DNA from: a virus
Direction: 5' to 3' (one strand)
IMG/VR virus record: IMGVR_UViG_3300036846_001209
Span: 1-64,000 of that record
DNA: 64,000 nucleotides
Positions 9,145 through 17,916 of this stretch are shown here, in pieces. The translations under genes and the position numbers were made by a program. Positions within the stretch are counted from its first letter, which is position 1. Each line of letters opens with the position of its first letter. The notes below the pieces were generated by a model, which worked only from the letters and a program-made list of their open reading frames with translations, ran no database searches and was not told the origin of the DNA.

Positions 9145-10938
9145 TCAGGTGCCAGGATAGAGGGGCTCCGGCTGCCTCGTATACTGCTTGGCCTCTTCGA
9201 TCGCGACAAGCCGTTCGGCGGGCAGCGTCAGCATCCCCCGGTCGCGCAGCCAGCGCAGCGCCTGGGAGACGGTGTCGACGAGGTCGTCGTGCGCGCCGTG
9301 CGGGAAGGACTCGACCTGGCGACAGACCTCCTCGGCCCACACCCGGAAAGTCGGCATCCCCGGTAGGGATGGTGCGTAGACGATGCCCTCGCGCACCGGC
9401 ACCAGCAGCGCCTCGCCGTTCGAATCGCGCATGATGCGCCCGGCGCCGTCGCGCTTCTCCTTGAGCTCGGGGGCGAACAGCGGCACCACCGAGTGCAGGC
9501 GGCTGAGCTTGTCGGCGCTCTTCGGGTCGTTCAGTTCCACGCCCCACGGCTCGGTGGCGTAGAGGCGCACCATCTCCTGGCTGACCGAGATGCCCGAGGC
9601 CTTGTTCTCGATCAGCAGCAGATCGACCTTCATGCGCTTGCAGGTGTCTGCCGTCGTGGTGACGAGTTCGTGCAGGGCGAGGCGCTTCTGCCAGGCGTGC
9701 ATCAGCATCACCCGCGGCGCGGGCTCGTCGTAGGTCCGCTCGCCCATGTAGACCGGCCGCCCGTCGTGGTTGATGTAGCGGCCGGGCACCGCTTCGACGC
9801 CGTGGCTCCAGATCCCCCAGACGGTCAGCGCCGAGTAGTCGTTCTCGGTGCGCTCGGTGTAGGCGGTGTCGAGCGACGCCAGGATGAAGTCCATCGGCGG
9901 GTATTGCTCGGCCTCCCAGGCGTTCCACCAGGCGTACTTGATGACCCCGCCGCCCTTCGGCTTCGGGCTCTGCTCGAGTTGGCCCGCGGCCGCGAACGGG
10001 CCCAGCGTCTGCTCCAGCAGCTTCACCGCCCGGTCGCTGAAGCGCTCGGGCCAGAGCAGCGCGCCCTCGCCGGGGCCGCCGTTCTGGGTGGCGCGCGGGT
10101 CCGACCAGCCGATCGACGTCGTGTAGTAGCGGTCGGCGTCGTAGTGCATCGGCAGGATCAGCGTCTGCCACTCGCCGATCTGCTGCTCCAGCACGTGGCC
10201 GGTGAGGTCGTTCTCGGCGAGGCGCTGCTGGATGATCACGAACGAGCCGGCGTCGAGGTCGTTGAGGCGGGTCGAGGCGGTGGTGTCCCACCAGTCGATC
10301 ACCTCGGCGATCGCCGCTTCCGAGAAGGCCTCGTTCGCCGCGTTGGGGTCGTCGATCATAAAGATGTTGCCGCCGAAGCCGGTGGCGGTGCCGCCGATGG
10401 AGGTCACCAGCCGCTCGCCGCCGCGGTCGTTGGCGAAGCGGTGGGCGGTGTTCTCGTCGGTCAGCAGCGCGAAGCGCTTGCCCCAGCGCTGCTGATACCA
10501 GCGCGTGTTGATCAGGCGGCGGTTGCGGAGGCTGAAGCGGAGGCTCAGCTTCTCGGCGTAGGAGCCGTAGACGAACTGGCAGCCCGGCCCGCTGGTCGGC
10601 GAGTCGAAGGCCTGGCACCAGACCCACGACGGGAAGCAGACGCTGCAGAGCGTCGATTTGCCGGACCTGGGCGGGATGTTGATGATCAGCCGGGTGATCT
10701 GGCCGTCGACGACCGCCTCGAGGTGTTCGGCGATCGCCTCCAGCGGCCAGCCGTCGCGGAACGGGGCGGGGTCGATCTGCTTCCAGGCCGACCGGGTGAA
10801 GGTGGAGAACGACTCCTCGCAGTCGTAGGCGTTCATCTCGAGGAGTTGCTGGCTGGGGTCGATCTCCACCCCGGCGTAGTCGATGAGTACACGCTGGCCC
10901 ATGCGACCAAGCTCGCTGATCGTGGTCGCCGTGACCAT
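9145..10938 (-). CDS. terL: terminase large subunit
   Basis: INIPPRSGKS Walker A, FMIDDP Walker B, nuclease motifs SLDTA, IENKASG and HDDLVD; AGGAGG RBS. Confidence 0.92.
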   Translation of the reverse strand: MVTATTISELGRMGQRVLIDYAGVEIDPSQQLLEMNAYDCEESFSTFTRSAWKQIDPAPFRDGWPLEAIAEHLEAVVDGQITRLIINIPPRSGKSTLCSVCFPSWVWCQAFDSPTSGPGCQFVYGSYAEKLSLRFSLRNRRLINTRWYQQRWGKRFALLTDENTAHRFANDRGGERLVTSIGGTATGFGGNIFMIDDPNAANEAFSEAAIAEVIDWWDTTASTRLNDLDAGSFVIIQQRLAENDLTGHVLEQQIGEWQTLILPMHYDADRYYTTSIGWSDPRATQNGGPGEGALLWPERFSDRAVKLLEQTLGPFAAAGQLEQSPKPKGGGVIKYAWWNAWEAEQYPPMDFILASLDTAYTERTENDYSALTVWGIWSHGVEAVPGRYINHDGRPVYMGERTYDEPAPRVMLMHAWQKRLALHELVTTTADTCKRMKVDLLLIENKASGISVSQEMVRLYATEPWGVELNDPKSADKLSRLHSVVPLFAPELKEKRDGAGRIMRDSNGEALLVPVREGIVYAPSLPGMPTFRVWAEEVCRQVESFPHGAHDDLVDTVSQALRWLRDRGMLTLPAERLVAIEEAKQYTRQPEPLYPGT

Positions 10939-10980
10939 CGCCCTCCTGGCGTTCGTCGTCTACGTCGCGCTGGGCCTGCG

Positions 10981-11202
10981 CTAGACCGGCGCGTCGGTGT
11001 AGCCGATCACCCCGTAGCCGGGCAGGATCACCACGAAGGTCGGACCCCAGTCGGTCGGGATCGGGTCGGCGTGGGTGCGGATGCCCACGGGATCCGGCGC
11101 GGTCGGCCAGGGCAGCAGGAGCTCGCGCAGGTAGGCGACGAGCTCGGGGCGCCCCGCCACCTCGATCGTCGGCTTGTCCTTGCCGCGCTCGCGGAACCTC
11201 AT
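10981..11202 (-). CDS. hypothetical protein
   Basis: 73 aa, coupled to the upstream gene. Confidence 0.55.
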   Translation of the reverse strand: MRFRERGKDKPTIEVAGRPELVAYLRELLLPWPTAPDPVGIRTHADPIPTDWGPTFVVILPGYGVIGYTDAPV

Positions 11203-11516
11203 CGGTCGATCGCGTCGGGCGGCAGGCGCTTGATCGCCGCCAGCACCTCGGAGCGCCAGCGGTCCTGCGCCGTGCCGGTCGCGAAGCTGATGGTGGGCGT
11301 GTAGCGGCGCTTGCCGCGGTCATCGACGAGCGCCTTGCCGTCCTGGCCCACCATCGGGGCGTTGGGCAGGCCCACCGAGAGCTCGCCGTCCTGGCGGCGG
11401 AAGACGCTGATCCCGTGGATGATCAACCCGGATGGGAAGGCGATGTCGACGCGCGCCTTCAGGTACGGGTTGCCCGACACCGGGACGATCTTCGCCACCT
11501 GCGCCTGGTCGGTCAT
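11199..11516 (-). CDS. SpoVG-like nucleic-acid-binding protein
   Basis: LKARVDIAFPSGLIIHGISV...SVGLP...GKRRYTPTISF pattern matches the SpoVG fold signature. Confidence 0.55.
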   Translation of the reverse strand: MTDQAQVAKIVPVSGNPYLKARVDIAFPSGLIIHGISVFRRQDGELSVGLPNAPMVGQDGKALVDDRGKRRYTPTISFATGTAQDRWRSEVLAAIKRLPPDAIDR

Positions 11517-11776
11517 GGCGTCTCGTCGGCCGGGTAGAGGCTGACCTTGCCGCCGGTCAGGTCGAAGTCCTCCCAGGCCAGCCGCATCGGGATGATCGCG
11601 TGCGGCTCCGTCCACGGCACCGGGATGCAGGCCAGGACGCCCCAGGCGCGGATCTCATGCACGACCGCGAGCGCGCGCGTGAAGCAGATGCCAGAGCCGT
11701 CGCTGGCCGAGGCGGGCGAGGTCACCTCGACGATGTCGCCGACCGCGAGGGCGGCCTTCTTCTCGTCCTCGGTCAT
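11513..11776 (-). CDS. hypothetical protein
   Basis: VGDIVEV...VHEIRAWGV; 4-nt overlaps. Confidence 0.55.
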   Translation of the reverse strand: MTEDEKKAALAVGDIVEVTSPASASDGSGICFTRALAVVHEIRAWGVLACIPVPWTEPHAIIPMRLAWEDFDLTGGKVSLYPADETP

Positions 11777-12195
11777 GCGTCCCAAGGCCCCTTCGGGCCG
11801 CTGCGGTCACGGTCGAGCTCGTAGTCGACCGTGCGCCGCCAGGAGCGCCGGATGACCTCGGCGCTGGTGCGCGCGACGTCGTCGGGGTCGTACGAGAACA
11901 GCGCCGCGCCCATGCCGACCGCCGTCACCACGCCCAGCAGGGCGTGGGTCGGGATGTCGTCGGGGTGGCCCGAGTCGCCGCGGTGACGCTGCGCCCAGTG
12001 CAGGATGCGCTGCACCGCCAAGCTCACCGTGGTCTGCACGAGCTCGGCCTCGGTGACGTCCTTCGCCAGGCTCGGGTCGGCGGTCAGCGCCAACTGGCGG
12101 CACTCGGCCAGGAAGGCGTCGGCGCCCGGCTCGGTGCCCTCGGGCTTGAACGAGGTGCGCAGCGGCTCCATCGGCGGCAGTTTCGGGCGGCTCAT
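11773..12195 (-). CDS. hypothetical protein
   Basis: 140 aa, high GC3, coupled. Confidence 0.55.
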   Translation of the reverse strand: MSRPKLPPMEPLRTSFKPEGTEPGADAFLAECRQLALTADPSLAKDVTEAELVQTTVSLAVQRILHWAQRHRGDSGHPDDIPTHALLGVVTAVGMGAALFSYDPDDVARTSAEVIRRSWRRTVDYELDRDRSGPKGPWDA

Positions 12196-12428
12196 GCGCC
12201 GTCTCCGGTCGGCAGGAAGGTGGTGTGCTCGTGGTGGCCGAGCATGATCTCGATCGCCGTCTCGGCAGCCTGGGCGGCGTCGGTGATCAGCTTGCGCGGC
12301 AGCACCGTGCCGAGGCCGTCGCGCGCGGGGATCTTCATCACCGCCAGGATCAGGTGCGACTCGACCGTGAACGGATCGGGCGTGTCGCCCACCATCAGCA
12401 GGCTCTCTGGCTTCAGTCGTTCGTCCAT
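12192..12428 (-). CDS. hypothetical protein
   Basis: 78 aa, GAGGAG RBS. Confidence 0.55.
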   Translation of the reverse strand: MDERLKPESLLMVGDTPDPFTVESHLILAVMKIPARDGLGTVLPRKLITDAAQAAETAIEIMLGHHEHTTFLPTGDGA

Positions 12429-12462
12429 CTTCCCGTCTCCTCTTCGGGTGTTGACTTATAAG

Positions 12463-12696
12463 TCAACTCTTCTGGTCGGCATCCTCCCTGAGCAGCCCCT
12501 CGAGGAGGCCGCCGGTTTCCACCCCCGCTTCGTGCATCGCACGCCGCACCGCCGCCGCGCAGCCGTACAGCTTGGCGCCGAGCAGCCAGCCCAGCGTCAG
12601 GTTGAGGTGGTCCCAGTAGCTGCCGTCATCGGCCGCCACCTCCGCCACCGCCGCCTTGAACAGGCGCCGCATCTGGGTCGGCTCGTCTTCGCGCAT
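12463..12696 (-). CDS. hypothetical protein
   Basis: 77 aa, GAGGAG upstream; overlaps the tail of the 12626-13228 ORF. Confidence 0.45.
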   Translation of the reverse strand: MREDEPTQMRRLFKAAVAEVAADDGSYWDHLNLTLGWLLGAKLYGCAAAVRRAMHEAGVETGGLLEGLLREDADQKS

Positions 12697-13228
12697 CTTC
12701 CATCTCCTCTTCGCGCCACGCTTTCAGGTCCGCCAGCGGCCAGAGCTCGCTCTGCGGCATGTACCAGATGTCCTCGCCGTACCGGGTCTGGCGCTTCCAC
12801 CGGTCGACCGTCACCTCGCGCCCCCAGCGCCAGCCGAGTAGCCAGACCACATGGCCGGCGCTCCAGATGCCGAGCAGCCACGGCGAGTCGCCGTGCTTGA
12901 GGTCGCGCGGTCTGAGGATCAGGTCGCCGCCCTGGTTCAGGGTGCCGCGCGTGTAGACGCCGGTGCGGCCGCGCCCGACGTCCGGCGCCGCGAAGTCGCC
13001 CAGCGCCCCGTCCCACGGCTCGTCGAAGTAGAAGGCCGCCGCCTTCTCGACCACGCAGCCGATCACCTGATTGAAGGCCGCCTGCTTGACGGTGCCGTCG
13101 TAGGTGCGGCGGTTCTCCTCGACGTCCTGCATCTGCCGCGCGCCCGCCTTCGCGTAGGCGTCCACCATCTCGGGCGTCGTCATCGTCACCCGGATCACCC
13201 GGTCGGACCGCTCTGCCACCGTCGCCAC
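12626..13228 (-). CDS. hypothetical protein, possible PD-(D/E)XK-like nuclease fold
   Basis: GCVVEKAAA...PDVG...LLGW pattern; GAGGAG RBS. Confidence 0.45.
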   Translation of the reverse strand: MATVAERSDRVIRVTMTTPEMVDAYAKAGARQMQDVEENRRTYDGTVKQAAFNQVIGCVVEKAAAFYFDEPWDGALGDFAAPDVGRGRTGVYTRGTLNQGGDLILRPRDLKHGDSPWLLGIWSAGHVVWLLGWRWGREVTVDRWKRQTRYGEDIWYMPQSELWPLADLKAWREEEMEDARRRADPDAAPVQGGGGGGGGR

Positions 13229-13241
13229 CGGCCTCTCCTCT

Positions 13242-14216
13242 TCAGCCGCAGATCAGCCCGCACTCCACGTCGTGCTCGTCCTCGTCGGGACCCTCGGCCA
13301 GCGAGGGCGCGTTCTGGGCGAAGTCGAAGAAGCCCTGGCCGTGCGCCACCTCGGCGAGCTCGGCGACGCCGTACTCGGTCACGAACTGGCCGCCCAGCCC
13401 CGTCGCCTTCTGCTTGGCGAGCGCCTCCGCCGCCACCCACCAGGCCTCCACCCCCGGGTTCTCGCGGATGATGGTGACCTTCTTCTCCCGGCTCTTCAGG
13501 AAGCAGAGGTCGCAGTTGCCCTCGTAGTCGCGAAGCTCGAGGTCGAAGCCCTGCGGATGCACCCGGGTCTGGAAGCTCCTGCCCTCGCCCCACCAGAAGT
13601 CCAAGACGTCGCGCTTGGTGATGCGCCCGTTCGCCAGCGGCATCACCGCCCGGAACGGCTCCTTCGCCGCGTCGTTGCGCGCCAGCGCCTTCAAGACCCG
13701 GTGGCCCTCGTCGTGGCGCAGCCCCACCACGTTCTTCCAGTGCGTCCAGCCCAGGTCCCGCTGCGCGAAGCGCTTCGCCGTCTCCACCTTCAGGGTCATC
13801 GAGCAGAACCGCGTCACCGCGTTCGGCGCGTACTGCTTCATGGCGATCAGCGCCATGAACGGCTCGCCGGCGCGGCTTGCCGAGTTGTAGCCCACCACCG
13901 CGTAGCCGACCGGCTCGACGAGGTAGGCGCGGTCAGGATCGGCATCCAGCCAGGCCGCCAGCGACGGGCGCAGCGCCTCGGTCGGGCGCGGCCGCCACTC
14001 CAGCCAGTGGACGCGGATCCCCCAGCGGCTCTCCACCTCGTGGACGAAGCGCAGCGTCTCCTCGCGCTCCTTCGCCGTGTTGCAGAACTGCACCACGACG
14101 TCGGCGGGCAGGTAGCCGCCCCAGGCGTGGATGATGCGCCAGAGCATGTAAGCACTGGTCCGCCCGCCCGAGAAACTGATCAGCGCCGGGCCCTCGACGC
14201 GGAACGGGTCGCTCAT
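13242..14216 (-). CDS. phosphoadenosine phosphosulfate (PAPS) reductase-family protein
   Basis: PP-loop SFSGGRTS, NTAKE, RFCSMTLK, VGLRHDE and GNCDLCFLK. Confidence 0.8.
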   Translation of the reverse strand: MSDPFRVEGPALISFSGGRTSAYMLWRIIHAWGGYLPADVVVQFCNTAKEREETLRFVHEVESRWGIRVHWLEWRPRPTEALRPSLAAWLDADPDRAYLVEPVGYAVVGYNSASRAGEPFMALIAMKQYAPNAVTRFCSMTLKVETAKRFAQRDLGWTHWKNVVGLRHDEGHRVLKALARNDAAKEPFRAVMPLANGRITKRDVLDFWWGEGRSFQTRVHPQGFDLELRDYEGNCDLCFLKSREKKVTIIRENPGVEAWWVAAEALAKQKATGLGGQFVTEYGVAELAEVAHGQGFFDFAQNAPSLAEGPDEDEHDVECGLICG

Positions 14217-16132
14217 AGCCTGCCCTCCGCCCGAAGCTGCGCGAACTCATCATCGACGAGGACGAGGCGCTCGAGGATCCAGCCGATCACCGGCACCGCG
14301 AAGGCGTTGCCCAGCGCCTTGTACCGCGGCCCGTCCGCCGCCGGCTTGCCCCGGTAGGTCACCTGCGTATAGCCGTCGGGGAAGCCCTGTAGCCGCTCGC
14401 ACTCCGTCGGCGTCAGGCGGCGCACCGCGCTCGCCGTCGGCGCCGCAGGCGCCAGCACCGCCGTCGTGGTGGCGTTCTCGATCTTCCCAGGCGTGCGGGC
14501 GCGCAGCGCCGCCGCGAGCTCGGTCGGGCTGGCGGTCGACACCGTCTGGTCGGCGCCGTGCAGCGTGAAGCCCTGCGGCGCCGGGGTCACGATGCGGGCG
14601 CCGCGGTCGGTGGAGCGACCCTCCGCGGTCGGGGTGAGGGCGGGCGCGGTGGTGATTTCGCTGGCCCTGAGCGCACTGCCCTGGCCGCCCTCGGGGACGA
14701 TCGAGAAGGCGATGGCGGGCGCGCTCGCGCCGGGGGCCAGCGTCGGGGCGGGGCCGCCCGGCTTCGGGTTGGAGCGGTTCTCCGGGTGGCTCAGCTGGGT
14801 GGTGTCGAAGGCCAGCAGCGTCGTCGTGCCCCGCCGCACCCCGCCCGTGGCCGCGAGACTCCCCGCCTGGTCGCCATCGCCGCCCTGCAGCCTGACCTCG
14901 TCCCGCCCGTTCGCCTGAAACGCCACGTAGTCGCGGCTCGAGCCGCCGCTAGCGCTTCTGAGCGCGCTGGCCTGGTCGCCGTCTCGATGGATCTCGGGCT
15001 GGGCGCCCTCGGCGCGGCCGCGCAGCGCGAAGGCGATGGCCGGGATCAGGTTGTTGTCCTGGCCCTGCAGCGTCGGCGCAAACTCCTGCGTCGCCGTGAT
15101 GCCGCCCGCACGCTCCGACTGCCCAGGCTTGAAGGCCAGCGCCGGCGTCGGGGCGGACGGGCCGTGCACCTGGGACGGCGCGGCCTCGACCGGCTGGATG
15201 TAGCCCGACTCCCACTCCTGCTGGCCCCAGCCATGCCCGTGCTTCTTCTCGGTGCCGCCGCTCGCCGGCATCGAGCCCACCACCTGGGGCGGGGCCTGGG
15301 TGGCGATCACCGGGTCCTGGCCCCTGGGCTCGCCCACCCGCTGCACGCCGCGGCCGCTTTGGGTCAGCGCCTGCGCCAGGGGGTGCGAGAGGGTGGGCGC
15401 CGGGATCAGGTCGTCGGCGCGATCGGCGTCGTTGCGATACCCGCTGCTTGTTGCAGAGCTTCCCGCAACTGGACGGGAAGCTCTTTGCCCCGCTTCTCGG
15501 CGCGGCGCAGGATCCCCCGACAAGCTCGCGCGCTCAAAAAGTACCGCGCAGGGACCTCGCCAGTCTCCAAGACGTCCGACAACGAACACACGCGCGCGCC
15601 GCTGCGCCAAGCCGAAGTACTGAGCGTCAAGGGTGGCGTAGGCCCACCCATACCCGATGACGCCCAGCCCCCCAAGAAAGGAACCAAAGTCCCGTCCGCC
15701 GTTGCTCGACAGGACACCGGGGACGTTCTCCCAAACCAACCACTCGGGGCGCAGTCGGTCAGCCAGCGCAAGGAACTCTCGCGCCAGGTTTCCACGCTCG
15801 TCCTGAAGGCCGCCTCTGAGCCCCGCGACACTGAAGGACTGGCAAGGAGTCCCGCCGACCAAAAGTCGGATTGACCCGGCGCTGGCTGGCCCGTGCTGCG
15901 CCGCTGTGATCGTCCTGAAGTCGCCATGCAGGGGGGTGTCCTCGTAGTGATGCTTGAGGATGGTGCGCGGGAACGCCTCGATCTCCGACATGAAGGCCGG
16001 CGTCAGGCGGGCGGCCAGGGCCGGGGAGGCGGCTATGGCCGCTTCGCACCCCCCGATGCCCGTGCAGACCGTGCCGTAGCGGATGGGACCCGGATTCAGA
16101 AAGGGACCCGCCGGGATGGGACCCAACTTCAT
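14213..16132 (-). CDS. DNA (cytosine-5) methyltransferase with expanded variable region
   Basis: Motif I CTGIGG, IV GGTPCQSFS, VI WENVPG, VIII QRRARVF, RRLTPTECERLQGFP and X YKALGNA. Confidence 0.9.
   Translation of the reverse strand: MKLGPIPAGPFLNPGPIRYGTVCTGIGGCEAAIAASPALAARLTPAFMSEIEAFPRTILKHHYEDTPLHGDFRTITAAQHGPASAGSIRLLVGGTPCQSFSVAGLRGGLQDERGNLAREFLALADRLRPEWLVWENVPGVLSSNGGRDFGSFLGGLGVIGYGWAYATLDAQYFGLAQRRARVFVVGRLGDWRGPCAVLFERASLSGDPAPRREAGQRASRPVAGSSATSSGYRNDADRADDLIPAPTLSHPLAQALTQSGRGVQRVGEPRGQDPVIATQAPPQVVGSMPASGGTEKKHGHGWGQQEWESGYIQPVEAAPSQVHGPSAPTPALAFKPGQSERAGGITATQEFAPTLQGQDNNLIPAIAFALRGRAEGAQPEIHRDGDQASALRSASGGSSRDYVAFQANGRDEVRLQGGDGDQAGSLAATGGVRRGTTTLLAFDTTQLSHPENRSNPKPGGPAPTLAPGASAPAIAFSIVPEGGQGSALRASEITTAPALTPTAEGRSTDRGARIVTPAPQGFTLHGADQTVSTASPTELAAALRARTPGKIENATTTAVLAPAAPTASAVRRLTPTECERLQGFPDGYTQVTYRGKPAADGPRYKALGNAFAVPVIGWILERLVLVDDEFAQLRAEGRL
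15406..15927 (-). CDS. nested alternate-frame C5-MTase small (beta-like) subunit
   Basis: Frame-shifted ORF inside the MTase gene containing SLSDVLETGEVPARYFLSARACRGILRRAEKRGKELP. GC3 of the main frame visibly drops here. Confidence 0.6.
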   Translation of the reverse strand: MATSGRSQRRSTGQPAPGQSDFWSAGLLASPSVSRGSEAAFRTSVETWRESSLRWLTDCAPSGWFGRTSPVSCRATADGTLVPFLGGWASSGMGGPTPPLTLSTSAWRSGARVCSLSDVLETGEVPARYFLSARACRGILRRAEKRGKELPVQLREALQQAAGIATTPIAPTT

Positions 16133-16378
16133 ATGCCTAAGCTCCAGTTCGGGGGACCCGGATTCGAGAGGAGGTGTGGGGGGGCGCCGCTCGCCTTCGG
16201 CTCGCTACGGGCAAGTGCGACATATGGACGCGCCCCCCCCGGGGGTCGAGAGGGCTGGGGCATGCGACACGTTGTCGCAGGGGCTTGACACAGTATAGCG
16301 CAAGTAACGCGCCAGTAACGCCGAGTAGTCGTCGAGGCGCTGCCTCGCGAATACTCGAGGTCTACTTGCGCTGTACTG
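16085..16378. repeat. repeat/hairpin cluster downstream of terS (possible packaging or terminus site)
   Basis: GGGACCC x4 (16085, 16103, 16118, 16153), palindrome TGCGACA-cgt-TGTCGCA (16263-16279), and a 16-bp inverted repeat 16291-16306/16363-16378 with an inner stem. Confidence 0.5.
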
Positions 16379-16662
16379 GCCCGCGGCCTGGCGCCGCAGG
16401 CGCCTGACCGAGCGCCGCGGCCTGAGTTGCTGACGCCGAGGCCACGCCCACCATGCGCCGCGAGGCGCGAGGTGTGCAGTGGCCGGACGGTCTGGCTCGA
16501 GGGCATGGCGGCGACGCTAGGTCCGGCGCCCGACAGCGTCAAGCGGGCTTGGCGCTTCGTCCGTGACCGGACGGATGCGACAAGGCCGCTCGCCGAGGTC
16601 ATCCGCCACCGGACGGCCGGCCGCCGGCGGTCCGAGCTCCCGCCCGCCGAGGCCGAGGCGCT

Positions 16663-17340
16663 TCAGCCGTCCTCGTCGTCGACGAGGCCGCCGAACCCGC
16701 CGCGCCGATCCTCGCCGATTTGCCCGAGGCTGGGCGCCCGGCGCGCCGAGCCGACGCCGTCCGCCAGTACCGCGCCCAGGTCGCTGCCTTGACCAGCTGG
16801 CCGCACCTCGCCCTCGTCGTCCACCTCGACGAGGCCTTGTGACACCGCCGCCTCAAGCAGGCTGCGCAGCGCAGCCCGCTGGGCGTCGTCGAGGAGGCGT
16901 GGGTCGACGACATGGCGCCGCACCTCCGTCACCGTCGCCTCGACCTTCACCGACTTGGGCTGTTCCCCGTACCGGCCCGAGTCCCACTGCCGCAGCAGGC
17001 GCAGCCGCGTCTCGATCCGCAGGCGGCTCCGGTTCACGTTCTCCGCGTCGAACCGGTAGCCCATCGGCGTCCCATCATCGCGGAGCGCCTCGACGTAGTC
17101 GTTGCGGCTGTCGTCGGCGATCGCCAGACACTCATGGGCCAGAGCGTCCCATCCGAGCGACCGAGCTCCGGCGAGGTCTTCCCCGAACTCGGGATCCTCC
17201 GAACCCCAGTGATTCACCGTCCGAGCCGCCAGCCCATGCGCCCTCGCCGCGACACTCAGAGGTGTGCCGAGACTCAACGCCAGGAGGATATCCCGCCTGA
17301 TCTCCGCCTCGTTCACCCTCCGAGGCCGCGCCATCGACAC
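16663..17340 (-). CDS. terS: terminase small subunit
   Basis: N-terminal HTH (LSVAARAHGLAARTVNHW..DPEF) and LAIADD...NVNRSRLRIETR...RYG, typical of Sf6-like terS. Confidence 0.8.
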   Translation of the reverse strand: MSMARPRRVNEAEIRRDILLALSLGTPLSVAARAHGLAARTVNHWGSEDPEFGEDLAGARSLGWDALAHECLAIADDSRNDYVEALRDDGTPMGYRFDAENVNRSRLRIETRLRLLRQWDSGRYGEQPKSVKVEATVTEVRRHVVDPRLLDDAQRAALRSLLEAAVSQGLVEVDDEGEVRPAGQGSDLGAVLADGVGSARRAPSLGQIGEDRRGGFGGLVDDEDG

Positions 17341-17344
17341 CTCC

Positions 17345-17650
17345 CGCAGTCAGACACAGGCCTGTCTGGCCGTCTACCCTAAGCCACTGATTTCACTGCG
17401 GTTAGTCAGGGCAAGACAGAAAACAGGCACTTCCAAAGACTCTCCCATGTGCGCGCGTGAGTAGGCAATAACTAGACCCCTCGTGAGTCTCGTGGCGCCC
17501 CACCCCCGACCCCTCTGGGAGACTGCTGTCGCACCTCTAGTGCGGGCCTGCGCTGTTACCTGTCTTATATGTCTAGACTGTCTAAAGAGAGAGAGAACAA
17601 GGGGTTATGGCTCAGACGGTCTAGACGACCTAGACGACCTCTGAGTTGCG
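17345..17650. repeat. AGAC/GTCT iteron-like region, putative replication origin
   Basis: Non-coding and lower in GC; many AGAC/GTCT copies in both orientations (e.g. GTCTAGACTGTCTA; CTCAGACGGTCTAGACGACCTAGACGACCTCTGAG). Confidence 0.4.
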
Positions 17651-17836
17651 ACGAGGCACGACCGCGGCACGAAGAACGCCGATTAGTCCAACGATCTCAG
17701 TCACTTGCTAAGTGGTGTGCGCTTGGTTGGCGCCCGGCATCGGCTGCGGCTGGGGTCGAGGGCGGGAGGCGACGAGTGGGTAGGACGGATGCGACAACAT
17801 ATGGCACGCGGATGACACTCACAGCGGTCAACCGAC

Positions 17837-17866
17837 TTGACGGAGGCGTCATAAAACGCCTATGTT
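17837..17866 (+). promoter_or_regulatory. sigma70-like early promoter overlapped by palindromic operator
   Basis: TTGACG-N18-TATGTT; TGACG-GAGG-CGTCA covers the -35 box. Confidence 0.6.
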
Positions 17867-17916
17867 CGGGGTGTTCAGCGGCCTTCGCCGCGCCCACGCC
17901 AAGGACTCTCGACCCC

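Noticed and set aside
16480-16540. Scattered GGYNN pentamers downstream of terS
   Set aside because: At most two units stay in phase, which is expected at this GC content.
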